Assembly: GCA_964035545.1 (NCBI GenBank) | Contig: CAXIUT010000183.1 | Span: 620,001-684,000 of the forward strand | DNA: 64,000 nucleotides | Direction: 5' to 3' | Origin: Bugula neritina | Lineage: Eukaryota > Animalia > Bryozoa | Part shown: one piece after another, positions 1 through 17,500 of the stretch | How positions within the stretch are numbered: the stretch's first letter is position 1 | How the letters are laid out: each line of letters begins with the position of its first letter | Program-made: the position numbers and the translations under genes | The notes under the pieces: generated by a model | Seen by the model: only the letters and a program-made list of their open reading frames with translations | Databases searched by the model: none | What the model was told of the DNA's origin: nothing

Positions 1-3000
1 TATACTGTAACATACTGAAATATGCTGTAGCACACTGAAATACACTGCAACTCACTGAAATATACTACAACATACTGAAAAACACTGTAACATATTGAAA
101 CATACTGCAACATACTACAACATATTGAAAGACACTGCAACACATTGAAATATACTGCAACATACCTAAATATCCGGTAATATACTGAAATATACTGTAA
201 CACATTGAAAAATACTACAACATACTGAAATACACTGTAACATACTGAAATACACTGCAACAAACTACAACACATTGAAATACACTGCAACACATTGAAA
301 TATACTGCAACATACCTAAATATACGGTAATATACCGAAAAAAAAACTGTAACAGATTGAAAAATTCTGCAACATACTGAAATAAACGGCAACACACTGA
401 AATACAGCGGAAAATACTACAACATACTGAAATACACTGTAACATATTGAAATACACTGCAACACTTTGAAATATACTGCAACATACCGAAATATATGGT
501 AAACTACTAAAATATACTGTAACACTTTGAAAAATAGTGCAACACACTGAAATATACTCTGACACATTGCAATATACTGTAACATACTGAAATATGCTGT
601 AGCACACTGAAATACATTGCAACTCACTGAAATATACTGCAACATACTGAAATCCACTGTAACATATTGAAAAATACTGCAACATACTACAACATACTGA
701 AATACACTGTAACACATTGAAATATACTACAACATACCTAAATATCCGGTAATATACTGAAATATACTGTAACACATTGAAAAATACTGCAACATACTGA
801 AATACACTGCAACCCACTGAAATACATCGCAAAATACTACAACATACTGAAATACACTGTAACATATTGAAATACACTGCAACATACTGAAATACATTGC
901 AAAATACTGCAACATATTGAAATACACTGCAGCATCCTACAACATGCTGAAATACACTGTAACATATTGAAATACACTGCAACACATTGAAATATACTGC
1001 AACATACCGCAATATATGGTAAACTACTGAAATATACTGTAACACATTGAAAAATACTGCATCATACTGAAATATACTGCGACACAATGCAATATTCTGT
1101 AACATACTGAGATATGCTGTAGCACACTGAAATACACTACAACTCACTGAAACATACTGCAACATACTGAAATACACTGTAACATCCTACAACATACTGA
1201 AATACACAGTAACATATTGAAATACACTGCAACACATTGAAATATACTGCAACATACCTAAATATACGGTAATATACTGAAAAATACTGTAACACATTGA
1301 AAAATACTGCAAGATACTGAAATATACTGTGACACATTGCAATATACTGTAACATACTGAAATATGCTCAAGCACACTGAAACACACTGCACCTCACTGA
1401 AACATACTGCAACATACTGAAATACACTGCAACATCCTACAACATACTGAAATACACTGCAACATATTGAAAGACACTGCAAGACAATGAAATATACTGC
1501 AACATACTGAAATATACCGTAACACACTGAAATATACTGCAACATACTGAAATACACTGCTACATACTGAAATATACTGCAACATACTGCAACATACTGA
1601 AATACACTGTAACATACTGAAATACACTGCAACAAACTACAACATATTGAAATACACTGCAACACATTGAAATATACTGCAACATACCTAAATATACGGT
1701 AATATAGCGGAAAAAAACTGTAACAGATTGACAAATTCTGCAACATACTGAAATATACTGCGACACATTGCAATATACTGTAACATACGGAAATACACTG
1801 CAACACATTGAAATACACTGCAACATACCAAAATAAATGGTAAACTACTGAAATATACTTTAACACATTGAAAAATACTGCAACATACTGAAATATACTG
1901 TAACACACTGAAATATACTGCAACATACTGAAATACACTGTAACATATTGAAATACACTGCAACAAACTACAACATATTGAAATACACTGCAACGCATTG
2001 AAAGACACTGCAACACATTGAAATATACTGCAATATACCAATATATATGGTAAACTGCTGAAATATACTTTAACACAATGAAAAATACTGCAACATACTG
2101 AAATATACTGTAACACACTGAAATATACTGCAACATACTGCAACAATCTGAAATACACTGTAACATACTGAAATACACTGCAACAAACTACAACATATTG
2201 AAATACACTGCAACACATTGAAATATACTGCAACATACCTAAATATACGATAATATACCGAAAAAAAAACTGTAACAGATTGAAAAATTCTGCAACATAC
2301 TGAAATAAACTGCAACACACTGAAATACAGCGCAAAATACTACAACATACTGAAATACACTGTAACATATTGAAATACACTGCAACACTTTGAAATATAC
2401 TGCAACATACCGAAATATATGGTAAACTACTAAAATATACTGTAACACTTTGAAAAATAGTGCAACACACTGAAATATACTCTGACACATTGCAATATAC
2501 TGTAACATACTGAAATATGCTGTAGCACACTGAAATACATTGCAACTCACTGAAATATACTGCAACATACTGAAATACACTGTAACATATTGAAAAATAC
2601 TGCAACATACTGCAACATACTGAAATACACTGCAACATATTGAAAGACACTGCAAGACAATGAAATATACTGCAACATACTGAAATATACTGTAACACAC
2701 TGAAATATACTGCAACATACTGAAATACACTGCTACATACTGAAATATACTGCAACATACTGCAACATACTGAAATACACTGTAACATACTGAAATACAC
2801 TGCAACAAACTACAACATATTGAAATACACTGCAACACATTGAAATATACTGCAACATACCTAAATATACGGTAATATAGCGGAAAAAAACTGTAACAGA
2901 TTGACAAATTCTGCAACATACTGAAATATACTGCGACACATTGCAATATACTGTAACATACTGAAATATGCTCTAGCACACTTAAATACACTGCAACCCA

Positions 3001-6000
3001 CTGAAATATACTGCAACATACGGAAATACACTGCAACACATTGAAATACACTGCAACATACAAAAATAAATGGTAAACTACTGAAATATACTTTAACACA
3101 TTGAAAAACACTGCAACATACTGAAATACACTGTAACACACTGAAATATACTGCAACATACTGAAATACACTGTAACATATTGAAACACACTGCAACAAA
3201 CTACAACATATTGAAATACACTGCAACGCATTGAAAGACACTGCAACACATTGAAATATACTGCAATATACCAATATATATGGTAAACTGCTGAAATATA
3301 CTTTAACACATTGAAAAATACTGCAACATACTGAAATATACTGTAACACACTGAAATATACTGCAACATACTGCAACAATCTGAAATACACCGTAACATA
3401 CTGAAATACACTGCAACAAACTACAACATATTGAAATACACTGCAACACATTGAAATATACTGCAACATACCTAAATATACGGTAATATACCGAAAAAAA
3501 AACTGTAACAGATTGAAAAATTCTGCAACATACTGAAATAAACTGCAACACACTGAAATACACCGCAAAATACTACAACATACTGAAATACACTGTAACA
3601 TATTGAAATACACTGCAACACTTTGAAATATACTGCAACATACCGAAATATATGTTAAACTACTAAAATATACTGTAACACTTTGAAAAACAGTGCAACA
3701 TACTGAAATATACTGCGACACTTTGCAATGTACTGTAACATACTGAAATATGCTGTAGCACACTGAAATACACTGCAACTCACTGAAATATACTGCAACA
3801 TATTGAAATACACTGCAACATCCTACAACATGCTAAAATACACGGTAACATATTGAAATACAGTACAACACGTTGAAATATACTGCAACATACCGGAATA
3901 TATGGTAAAGTACTGAAATATACTGTAACACACTGAAAAATACTGCAACATACTGAAATATACTGCGACACATTGCAAGATACTGCAACATACCAAAATA
4001 TATGGTAAACTACTGAAATATACTTTAACACATTGAAAAATACTGCAACATAATGAAATATACTGTAACACACTGAAATATACTGCAACATACCGAAATA
4101 CACTGTAACATACTGAAACACACTGCAACATACTGCATTATACTGACATACACTGGAACATATTGAAATACACTGCAACACAATGAAATATACTGCAACA
4201 TACCAAAATATATGGTAAACTACTGAAATATACTTTAACACATTGAAAAATACTGCAACATACTGAAATATACTGTAACACACCGAAATATACTGCAACA
4301 TACTGAAATACACTGTAACATACTGAAATAAACTGTAACATACTGAAATACACTGCAACATCCTACAACATACTGAATTACACTGTAACATTGTGAAATA
4401 CACTGCAACACATTGAAAAATACTGCAACATACCGAAGTATACGGTAAACTATTGAATTATACTGTAACACATTGAAAAATACTGAAACACACTGAAATA
4501 TACTCTGACACAATGCAATATACTGTAACATACTGAAATATGCTGTAGCACACTGAAATACACTGCAACTCACTGAAATATACTACAACATACTGAAAAA
4601 CACTGTAACATATTGAAACATACTGCAACATACTACAACATATTGAAAGACACTGCAACACATTGAAATATACTGCAACATACCTAAATATCCGGTAATA
4701 TACTGAAATATACTGTAACACATTGAAAAATACTACAACATACTGAAATACACTGTAACATACTGAAATACACTGCAACAAACTACAACACATTGAAATA
4801 CACTGCAACACATTGAAATATACTGCAACATACCTAAATATACGGTAATATACCGAAAAAAAAACTGTAACAGATTGAAAAATTCTGCAACATACTGAAA
4901 TAAACGGCAACACACTGAAATACAGCGGAAAATACTACAACATACTGAAATACACTGTAACATATTGAAATACACTGCAACACTTTGAAATATACTGCAA
5001 CATACCGAAATATATGGTAAACTACTAAAATATACTGTAACACTTTGAAAAATAGTGCAACACACTGAAATATACTCTGACACATTGCAATATACTGTAA
5101 CATACTGAAATATGCTGTAGCACACTGAAATACATTGCAACTCACTGAAATATACTGCAACATACTGCAATCCACTGTAACATATTGAAAAATACTGCAA
5201 CATACTACAACATACTGAAATACACTGTAACACATTGAAATATACTACAACATACCTAAATATCCGGTAATATACTGAAATATACTGTAACACATTGAAA
5301 AATACTGCAACATACTGAAATACACTGCAACCCACTGAAATACATCGCAAAATACTACAACATACTGAAATACACTGTAACATATTGAAATACACTGCAA
5401 CATACTGAAATACATTGCAAAATACTGCAACATATTGAAATACACTGCAGCATCCTACAACATGCTGAAATACACTGTAACATATTGAAATACACTGCAA
5501 CACATTGAAATATACTGCAACATACCGCAATATATGGTAAACTACTGAAATATACTGTAACACATTGAAAAATACTGCATCATACTGAAATATACTGCGA
5601 CACAATGCAATATTCTGTAACATACTGAGATATGCTGTAGCACACTGAAATACACTACAACTCACTGAAACATACTGCAACATACTGAAATACACTGTAA
5701 CATCCTACAACATACTGAAATACACAGTAACATATTGAAATACACTGCAACACATTGAAATATACTGCAACATACCTAAATATACGGTAATATACTGAAA
5801 AATACTGTAACACATTGAAAAATACTGCAAGATACTGAAATATACTGTGACACATTGCAATATACTGTAACATACTGAAATATGCTCAAGCACACTGAAA
5901 CACACTGCACCTCACTGAAACATACTGCAACATACTGAAATACACTGCAACATCCTACAACATACTGAAATACACTGCAACATATTGAAAGACACTGCAA

Positions 6001-8480
6001 GACAATGAAATATACTGCAACATACTGAAATATACCGTAACACACTGAAATATACTGCAACATACTGAAATACACTGCTACATACTGAAATATACTGCAA
6101 CATACTGCAACATACTGAAATACACTGTAACATACTGAAATACACTGCAACAAACTACAACATATTGAAATACACTGCAACACATTGAAATATACTGCAA
6201 CATACCTAAATATACGGTAATATAGCGGAAAAAAACTGTAACAGATTGACAAATTCTGCAACATACTGAAATATACTGCGACACATTGCAATATACTGTA
6301 ACATACGGAAATACACTGCAACACATTGAAATACACTGCAACATACCAAAATAAATGGTAAACTACTGAAATATACTTTAACACATTGAAAAATACTGCA
6401 ACATACTGAAATATACTGTAACACACTGAAATATACTGCAACATACTGAAATACACTGTAACATATTGAAATACACTGCAACAAACTACAACATATTGAA
6501 ATACACTGCAACGCATTGAAAGACACTGCAACACATTGAAATATACTGCAATATACCAATATATATGGTAAACTGCTGAAATATACTTTAACACAATGAA
6601 AAATACTGCAACATACTGAAATATACTGTAACACACTGAAATATACTGCAACATACTGCAACAATCTGAAATACACTGTAACATACTGAAATACACTGCA
6701 ACAAACTACAACATATTGAAATACACTGCAACACATTGAAATATACTGCAACATACCTAAATATACGATAATATACCGAAAAAAAAACTGTAACAGATTG
6801 AAAAATTCTGCAACATACTGAAATAAACTGCAACACACTGAAATACAGCGCAAAATACTACAACATACTGAAATACACTGTAACATATTGAAATACACTG
6901 CAACACTTTGAAATATACTGCAACATACCGAAATATATGGTAAACTACTAAAATATACTGTAACACTTTGAAAAATAGTGCAACACACTGAAATATACTC
7001 TGACACATTGCAATATACTGTAACATACTGAAATATGCTGTAGCACACTGAAATACATTGCAACTCACTGAAATATACTGCAACATACTGAAATACACTG
7101 TAACATATTGAAAAATACTGCAACATACTGCAACATACTGAAATACACTGCAACATATCGAAAGACACTGCAAGACAATGAAATATACTGCAACATACTG
7201 AAATATACTGTAACACACTGAAATATACTGCAACATACTGAAATACACTGCTACATACTGAAATATACTGCAACATACTGCAACATACTGAAATACACTG
7301 TAACATACTGAAATACACTGCAACAAACTACAACATATTGAAATACACTGCAACACATTGAAATATACTGCAACATACCTAAATATACGGTAATATAGCG
7401 GAAAAAAACTGTAACAGATTGACAAATTCTGCAACATACTGAAATATACTGCGACTTATTGCAATATACTGTAACATACTGAAATATGCTCTAGCACACT
7501 GAAATACACTGCAACCCACTGAAATATACTGCAACATACGGAAATACACTGCAACACATTGAAATACACTGCAACATACCAAAATAAATGGTAAACTACT
7601 GAAATATACTTTAACACATTGAAAAATACTGCAACATACTGAAATATACTGTAACACACTGAAATATACTGCAACATACTGAAATACACTGTAACATATT
7701 GAAACACACTGCAACAAACTACAACATATTGAAATACACTGCAACGCATTGAAAGACACTGCAACACATTGAAATATACTGCAATATACCAATATATATG
7801 GTAAACTGCTGAAATATACTTTAACACATTGAAAAATACTGCAACATACTGAAATATACTGTAACACACTGAAATATACTGCAACATACTGCAACAATCT
7901 GAAATACACCGTAACATACTGAAATACACTGCAACAAACTACAACATATTGAAATACACTGCAACACATTGAAATATACTGCAACATACCTAAATATACG
8001 GTAATATACCGAAAAAAAAACTGTAACAGATTGAAAAATTCTGCAACATACTGAAATAAACTGCAACACACTGAAATACACCGCAAAATACTACAACATA
8101 CTGAAATACACTGTAACATATTGAAATACACTGCAACACTTTGAAATATACTGCAACATACCGAAATACATGTTAAACTACTAAAATATACTGTAACACT
8201 TTGAAAAACAGTGCAACATACTGAAATATACTGCGACACTTTGCAATGTACTGTAACATACTGAAATATGCTGTAGCACACTGAAATACACTGCAACTCA
8301 CTGAAATATACTGCAACATATTGAAATACACTGCAACATCCTACAACATGCTAAAATACACGGTAACATATTGAAATACAGTACAACACGTTGAAATATA
8401 CTGCAACATACCGGAATATATGGTAAAGTACTGAAATATACTGTAACACACTGAAAAATACTGCAACATACTGAAATATA
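1..8480. repeat. Tandem block duplication, offset 4518 bp (~1-3960 vs ~4519-8480)
   Basis: Near-identical ORF translations at constant offset (215/4733, 1258/5776, 2861/7379). Position 1 sequence matches 4519. Confidence 0.9.
1113..1362. repeat. Representative intact 250-bp higher-order monomer (25 decamers)
   Basis: Landmark decamer tatgctgtag at 1113 recurs as tatgctcaag at 1363. Internal landmarks occur in fixed order: ctcactgaaa, catcctacaa, catacc-tatacggtaa, cacattgaaaaa, tgYgacacattgcaa. Confidence 0.9.
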
Positions 8481-8510
8481 CTGCGACACATTGCAATATA
8501 CTGCAACATA

Positions 8511-9300
8511 CCAAAATATATGGTAAACTACTGAAATATACTTTAACACATTGAAAAATACCGCAACATAATGAAATATACTGTAACACACTGAAATATA
8601 CTGCAACATACTGAAATACACTGTAACATACTGAAATAAACTGCAACATAGCAAAATATATGGTAAACTACTGAAATATACTTTAACACATCGAAAAATC
8701 CTGCAACATACTAAAATATACTGTAACACACTGCAAGATACTGCAACATACTGAAATACACTGAAACATACTGAAATAAACTGCGACATACCAAAATACA
8801 TGGTAAACTACTGAAATATACTGTAACACACTGAAAAATACTGCAACATACTGAAATATACTGCGTCACATTGCAATATACTGCAACATACCAAAATATA
8901 TGGTAAACTACTGAAATATACTTTAACACATTGAAAATTACTGCAACATACTGAAATATACTGTAACACACTGAAATATACTGCAACAAACTGAAATACA
9001 CTGTAACATATTGAAATAAACTGCAACATACCAAAATATATGGTAAACTACTGAAATATACTTTAACACATTGACAAATACTGCAACATACTAAAATATA
9101 CCGTAACACACTGCAAGATACTGCAACATACCGAAATACACTGTAACATACTGAAACACACTGCAACATACTGCATTATACTGACATACACTGGAACATA
9201 TTGAAATACACTGCAACACAATGAAATATACTGCAACATACCAAAATATATGGTAAACTACTGAAATATACTTTAACACATTGAAAAATACTGCAACATA
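8511..9300. repeat. Local sub-array of a 100-210-bp (mostly 140-bp) truncated unit
   Basis: Landmark (c/g)caaaataYatggtaaactactgaaatatact at 8511, 8651, 8791, 8891, 9031, 9241. The same cluster recurs near 17.0, 19.3, 31.2, 33.6 and 46.0 kb. Confidence 0.8.
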
Positions 9301-11514
9301 CTGAAATATACTGTAACACACTGAAATATACTGCAACATACTGAAATACACTGTAACATACTGAAATAAACTGTAACATACTGAAATACACTGCAACATC
9401 CTACAACATACTGAATTACACTGTAACATTGTGAAATACACTGCAACACATTGAAAAATACTGCGACATACCGAAATATACGGTAAACTATTGAATTATA
9501 CTGTAACACATTGAAAAATACTGAAACACACTGAAATATACTCTGACACAATGCAATATACTGTAACATACTGAAATATGCTGTAGCACACTGAAATACA
9601 CTGCAACTCACTGAAATATACTACAACATACTGAAAAACACTGTAACATATTGAAACATACTGCAACATACTACAACATATTGAAAGACACTGCAACACA
9701 TTGAAATATACTGCAACATACCTAAATATCCGGTAATATACTGAAATATACTGTAACACATTGAAAAATACTACAACATATTGAAATACACTGCAACACA
9801 TTCAAATATACTGCAACCTATAGAAATATATAGTAAACTACTGAAATATACTGTAACACATTGAAAAAGACTGCAACATACTGAAACATACTGCGACACA
9901 TTGCAATATACAGTAACATACTGAAACATGCTGTAGAACACTGAAATAGACTGCAGCTCACTGAAATATACTGCAACATACTGAAATACACTGCTACATA
10001 CTGAAATATACTGCAACATACTGCAACATACTGAAATACACTGTAACATACTGAAATACACTGCAACAAACTACAACATATTGAAATACACTGCAACACA
10101 TTGAAATATACAGCAATATACCTAAATATACGGTAATATACCGAAAAAAAAACTGTAACAGATTGAAAAATTCTGCAACATACTGAAATAAACTGCAACA
10201 CACTAAAATACAGCGCAAAATACTACAACATACTGAAATACACTGTAACATATTGAAATACACTGCAACACTTTGAAATATACTGCAACATACCGAAATA
10301 TATGGTAAACTACTAAAATATACTGTAACACATTGAAAAATACCGCAACATACTGAAATATACTGCGACACATTGCAATATACAGTAACATACTGAAACA
10401 TGCTGTAGCACTCTGAAATAGACTGCAGCTCACTGAAATATACTGCAACATACTGAAATACACTGCTACATACTGAAATATACTGCAACATACTGCAACA
10501 TACTGAAATACACTGTAACATACTGAAATACACTGCAACAAACTACAACATATTGAAATACACTGCAACACATTGAAATATACTGCAACATACCTAAATA
10601 TACGATAATATACCGAAAAAAAAACTGTAACAGATTGAAAAATTCTGCAATATACTGAAATAAACTGCAACACACTGAAATACAGCGCAAAATACTACAA
10701 CATACTGAAATACACTGTAACATATTGAAATACACTGCAACACTTTGAAATATACTGCAACATACCGAAATATATGGTAAACTACTAAAATATACTGTAA
10801 CACTTTGAAAAATAGTGCAACACACTGAAATATACTCTGACACATTGCAATATACTGTAACATACTGAAATATGCTGTAGCACACTGAAATACATTGCAA
10901 CTCACTGAAATATACTGCAACATACTGAAATACACTGTAACATATTGAAAAATACTGCAACATACTGCAACATACTGAAATACACTGCAACATATTGAAA
11001 GACACTGCAAGACAATGAAATATACTGCAACATACTGAAATATACTGTAACACACTGAAATATACTGCAACATACTGAAATACACTGCTACATACTGAAA
11101 TATACTGCAACATACTGCAACATACTGAAATACACTGTAACATACTGAAATACACTGCAACAAACTACAACATATTGAAATACACTGCAACACATTGAAA
11201 TATACTGCAACATACCTAAATATACGGTAATATAGCGGAAAAAAACTGTAACAGATTGACAAATTCTGCAACATACTGAAATATACTGCGACACATTGCA
11301 ATATACTGTAACATACTGAAATATGCTCTAGCACACTGAAATACACTGCAACCCACTGAAATATACTGCAACATACGGAAATACACTGCAACACATTGAA
11401 ATACACTGCAACATACCAAAATAAACGGTAAACTACTGAAATATACTTTAACACATTGAAAAACACCGTAACATACTGAAATACACTGCAACAAACTACA
11501 ACATATTGAAATAC

Positions 11515-14500
11515 ACTGCAACACATTGAAATACACTGCAACATACCAAAATAAATGGTAAACTACTGAAATATACTTTAACACATTGAAAAACACTGCA
11601 ACATACTGAAATATACTGTAACACACTGAAATATACTGCAACATACTGAAATACACTGTAACATATTGAAACACACTGCAACAAACTACAACATATTGAA
11701 ATACACTGCAACGCATTGAAAGACACTGCAACACATTGAAATATACTGCAATATACCAATATATATGGTAAACTGCTGAAATATACTTTAACACATTGAA
11801 AAATACTGCAACATACTGAAATATACTGTAACACACTGAAATATACTGCAACATACTGCAACAATCTGAAATACACCGTAACATACTGAAATACACTGCA
11901 ACAAACTACAACATATTGAAATACACTGCAACACATTGAAATATACTGCAACATACCTAAATATACGGTAATATACCGAAAAAAAAACTGTAACAGATTG
12001 AAAAATTCTGCAACATACTGAAATAAACTGCAACACACTGAAATACACCGCAAAATACTACAACATACTGAAATACACTGTAACATATTGAAATACACTG
12101 CAACACTTTGAAATATACTGCAACATACCGAAATATATGTTAAACTACTAAAATATACTGTAACACTTTGAAAAACAGTGCAACATACTGAAATATACTG
12201 CGACACTTTGCAATGTACTGTAACATACTGAAATATGCTGTAGCACACTGAAATACACTGCAACTCACTGAAATATACTGCAACATATTGAAATACACTG
12301 CAACATCCTACAACATGCTAAAATACACGGTAACATATTGAAATACAGTACAACACGTTGAAATATACTGCAACATACCGGAATTAATGGTAAAGTACTG
12401 AAATATACTGTAACACACTGAAAAATACTGCAACATACTGAAATATACTGCGACACATTGCAAGATACTGCAACATACCAAAATATATGGTAAACTACTG
12501 AAATATACTTTAACACATTGAAAAATACTGCAACATAATGAAATATACTGTAACACACTGAAATATACTGCAACATACCGAAATACACTGTAACATACTG
12601 AAACACACTGCAACATACTGCATTATACTGACATACACTGGAACATATTGAAATACACTGCAACACAATGAAATATACTGCAACATACCAAAATATATGG
12701 TAAACTACTGAAATATACTTTAACACATTGAAAAATACTGCAACATACTGAAATATACTGTAACACACCGAAATATACTGCAACATACTGAAATACACTG
12801 TAACATACTGAAATAAACTGTAACATACTGAAATACACTGCAACATCCTACAACATACTGAATTACACTGTAACATTGTGAAATACACTGCAACACATTG
12901 AAAAATACTGCAACATACCGAAGTATACGGTAAACTATTGAATTATACTGTAACACATTGAAAAATACTGAAACACACTGAAATATACTCTGACACAATG
13001 CAATATACTGTAACATACTGAAATATGCTGTAGCACACTGAAATACACTGCAACTCACTGAAATATACTACAACATACTGAAAAACACTGTAACATATTG
13101 AAACATACTGCAACATACTACAACATATTGAAAGACACTGCAACACATTGAAATATACTGCAACATACCTAAATATCCGGTAATATACTGAAATATACTG
13201 TAACACATTGAAAAATACTACAACATACTGAAATACACTGTAACATACTGAAATACACTGCAACAAACTACAACACATTGAAATACACTGCAACACATTG
13301 AAATATACTGCAACATACCTAAATATACGGTAATATACCGAAAAAAAAACTGTAACAGATTGAAAAATTCTGCAACATACTGAAATAAACGGCAACACAC
13401 TGAAATACAGCGGAAAATACTACAACATACTGAAATACACTGTAACATATTGAAATACACTGCAACACTTTGAAATATACTGCAACATACCGAAATATAT
13501 GGTAAACTACTAAAATATACTGTAACACTTTGAAAAATAGTGCAACACACTGAAATATACTCTGACACATTGCAATATACTGTAACATACTGAAATATGC
13601 TGTAGCACACTGAAATACATTGCAACTCACTGAAATATACTGCAACATACTGCAATCCACTGTAACATATTGAAAAATACTGCAACATACTACAACATAC
13701 TGAAATACACTGTAACACATTGAAATATACTACAACATACCTAAATATCCGGTAATATACTGAAATATACTGTAACACATTGAAAAATACTGCAACATAC
13801 TGAAATACACTGCAACCCACTGAAATACATCGCAAAATACTACAACATACTGAAATACACTGTAACATATTGAAATACACTGCAACATACTGAAATACAT
13901 TGCAAAATACTGCAACATATTGAAATACACTGCAGCATCCTACAACATGCTGAAATACACTGTAACATATTGAAATACACTGCAACACATTGAAATATAC
14001 TGCAACATACCGCAATATATGGTAAACTATTGAAATATACTGTAACACATTGAAAAATACTGCATCATACTGAAATATACTGCGACACAATGCAATATTC
14101 TGTAACATACTGAGATATGCTGTAGCACACTGAAATACACTACAACTCACTGAAACATACTGCAACATACTGAAATACACTGTAACATCCTACAACATAC
14201 TGAAATACACAGTAACATATTGAAATACACTGCAACACATTGAAATATACTGCAACATACCTAAATATACGGTAATATACTGAAAAATACTGTAACACAT
14301 TGAAAAATACTGCAAGATACTGAAATATACTGTGACACATTGCAATATACTGTAACATACTGAAATATGCTCAAGCACACTGAAACACACTGCACCTCAC
14401 TGAAACATACTGCAACATACTGAAATACACTGCAACATCCTACAACATACTGAAATACACTGCAACATATTGAAAGACACTGCAAGACAATGAAATATAC

Positions 14501-17500
14501 TGCAACATACTGAAATATACCGTAACACACTGAATAATACTGCAACATACTGAAATACACTGCTACATACTGAAATATACTGCAACATACTGCAACATAC
14601 TGAAATACACTGTAACATACTGAAATACACTGCAACAAACTACAACATATTGAAATACACTGCAACACATTGAAATATACTGCAACATACCTAAATATAC
14701 GGTAATATAGCGGAAAAAAACTGTAACAGATTGACAAATTCTGCAACATACTGAAATATACTGCGACACATTGCAATATACTGTAACATACGGAAATACA
14801 CTGCAACACATTGAAATACACTGCAACATACCAAAATAAATGGTAAACTACTGAAATATACTTTAACACATTGAAAAATACTGCAACATACTGAAATATA
14901 CTGCAACATACTGAAATACACTGTAACATATTGAAATACACTGCAACAAACTACAACATATTGAAATACACTGCGACGCATTGAAAGACACTGCAACACA
15001 TTGAAATATACTGCAATATACCAATATATATGGTAAACTGCTGAAATATACTTTAACACAATGAAAAATACTGCAACATACTGAAATATACTGTAACACA
15101 CTGAAATATACTGCAACATACTGCAACAATCTGAAATACACTGTAACATACTGAAATACACTGCAACAAACTACAACATATTGAAATACACTGCAACACA
15201 TTGAAATATACTGCAACATACCTAAATATACGATAATATACCGAAAAAAAAACTGTAACAGATTGAAAAATTCTGCAACATACTGAAATAAACTGCAACA
15301 CACTGAAATACAGCGCAAAATACTACAACATACTGAAATACACTGTAACATATTGAAATACACTGCAACACTTTGAAATATACTGCAACATACCGAAATA
15401 TATGGTAAACTACTAAAATATACTGTAACACTTTGAAAAATAGTGCAACACACTGAAATATACTCTGACACATTGCAATATACTGTAACATACTGAAATA
15501 TGCTGTAGCACACTGAAATACATTGCAACTCACTGAAATATACTGCAACATACTGAAATACACTGTAACATATTGAAAAATACTGCAACATACTGCAACA
15601 TACTGAAATACACTGCAACATATTGAAAGACACTGCAAGACAATGAAATATACTGCAACATACTGAAATATACTGTAACACACTGAAATATACTGCAACA
15701 TACTGAAATACACTGCTACATACTGAAATATACTGCAACATACTGCAACATACTGAAATACACTGTAACATACTGAAATACACTGCAACAAACTACAACA
15801 TATTGAAATACACTGCAACACATTGAAATATACTGCAACATACCTAAATATACGATAATATAGCGGAAAAAAACTGTAACAGATTGACAAATTCTGCAAC
15901 ATACTGAAATATACTGCGACTTATTGCAATATACTGTAACATACTGAAATATGCTCTAGCACACTGAAATACACTGCAACCCACTGAAATATACTGCAAC
16001 ATACGGAAATACACTGCAACACATTGAAATACACTGCAACATACCAAAATAAATGGTAAACTACTGAAATATACTTTAACACATTGAAAAATACTGCAAC
16101 ATACTGAAATATACTGTAACACACTGAAATATACTGCAACATACTGAAATACACTGTAACATATTGAAACACACTGCAACAAACTACAACATATTGAAAT
16201 ACACTGCAACGCATTGAAAGACACTGCAACACATTGAAATATACTGCAATATACCAATATATATGGTAAACTGCTGAAATATACTTTAACACATTGAAAA
16301 ATACTGCAACATACTGAAATATACTGTAACACACTGAAATATACTGCAACATACTGCAACAATCTGAAATACACCGTAACATACTGAAATACACTGCAAC
16401 AAACTACAACATATTGAAATACACTGCAACACATTGAAATATACTGCAACATACCTAAATATACGGTAATATACCGAAAAAAAAACTGTAACAGATTGAA
16501 AAATTCTGCAACATACTGAAATAAACTGCAACACACTGAAATACACCGCAAAATACTACAACATACTGAAATACACTGTAACATATTGAAATACACTGCA
16601 ACACTTTGAAATATACTGCAACATACCGAAATACATGTTAAACTACTAAAATATACTGTAACACTTTGAAAAACAGTGCAACATACTGAAATATACTGCG
16701 ACACTTTGCAATGTACTGTAACATACTGAAATATGCTGTAGCACACTGAAATACACTGCAACTCACTGAAATATACTGCAACATATTGAAATACACTGCA
16801 ACATCCTACAACATGCTAAAATACACGGTAACATATTGAAATACAGTACAACACGTTGAAATATACTGCAACATACCGGAATATATGGTAAAGTACTGAA
16901 ATATACTGTAACACACTGAAAAATACTGCAACATACTGAAATATACTGCGACACATTGCAATATACTGCAACATACCAAAATATATGGTAAACTACTGAA
17001 ATATACTTTAACACATTGAAAAATACCGCAACATAATGAAATATACTGTAACACACTGAAATATACTGCAACATACTGAAATACACTGTAACATACTGAA
17101 ATAAACTGCAACATACCAAAATATATGGTAAACTACTGAAATATACTTTAACACATCGAAAAATCCTGCAACATACTAAAATATACTGTAACACACTGCA
17201 AGATACTGCAACATACTGAAATACACTGAAACATACTGAAATAAACTGCAACATACCAAAATACATGGTAAACTACTGAAATATACTGTAACACACTGAA
17301 AAATACTGCAACATACTGAAATATACTGCGTCACATTGCAATATACTGCAACATACCAAAATATATGGTAAACTACTGAAATATACTTTAACACATTGAA
17401 AATTACTGCAACATACTGAAATATACTGTAACACACTGAAATATACTGCAACAAACTGAAATACACTGTAACATATTGAAATAAACTGCAACATACCAAA

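Noticed and set aside
338-346. A7-A9 tracts as retroelement poly(A) tails or terminators
   Set aside because: They are short, sit in register within modified decamers (gaaa+tata replaced by A's), and have no element body, target-site duplication or hairpin.
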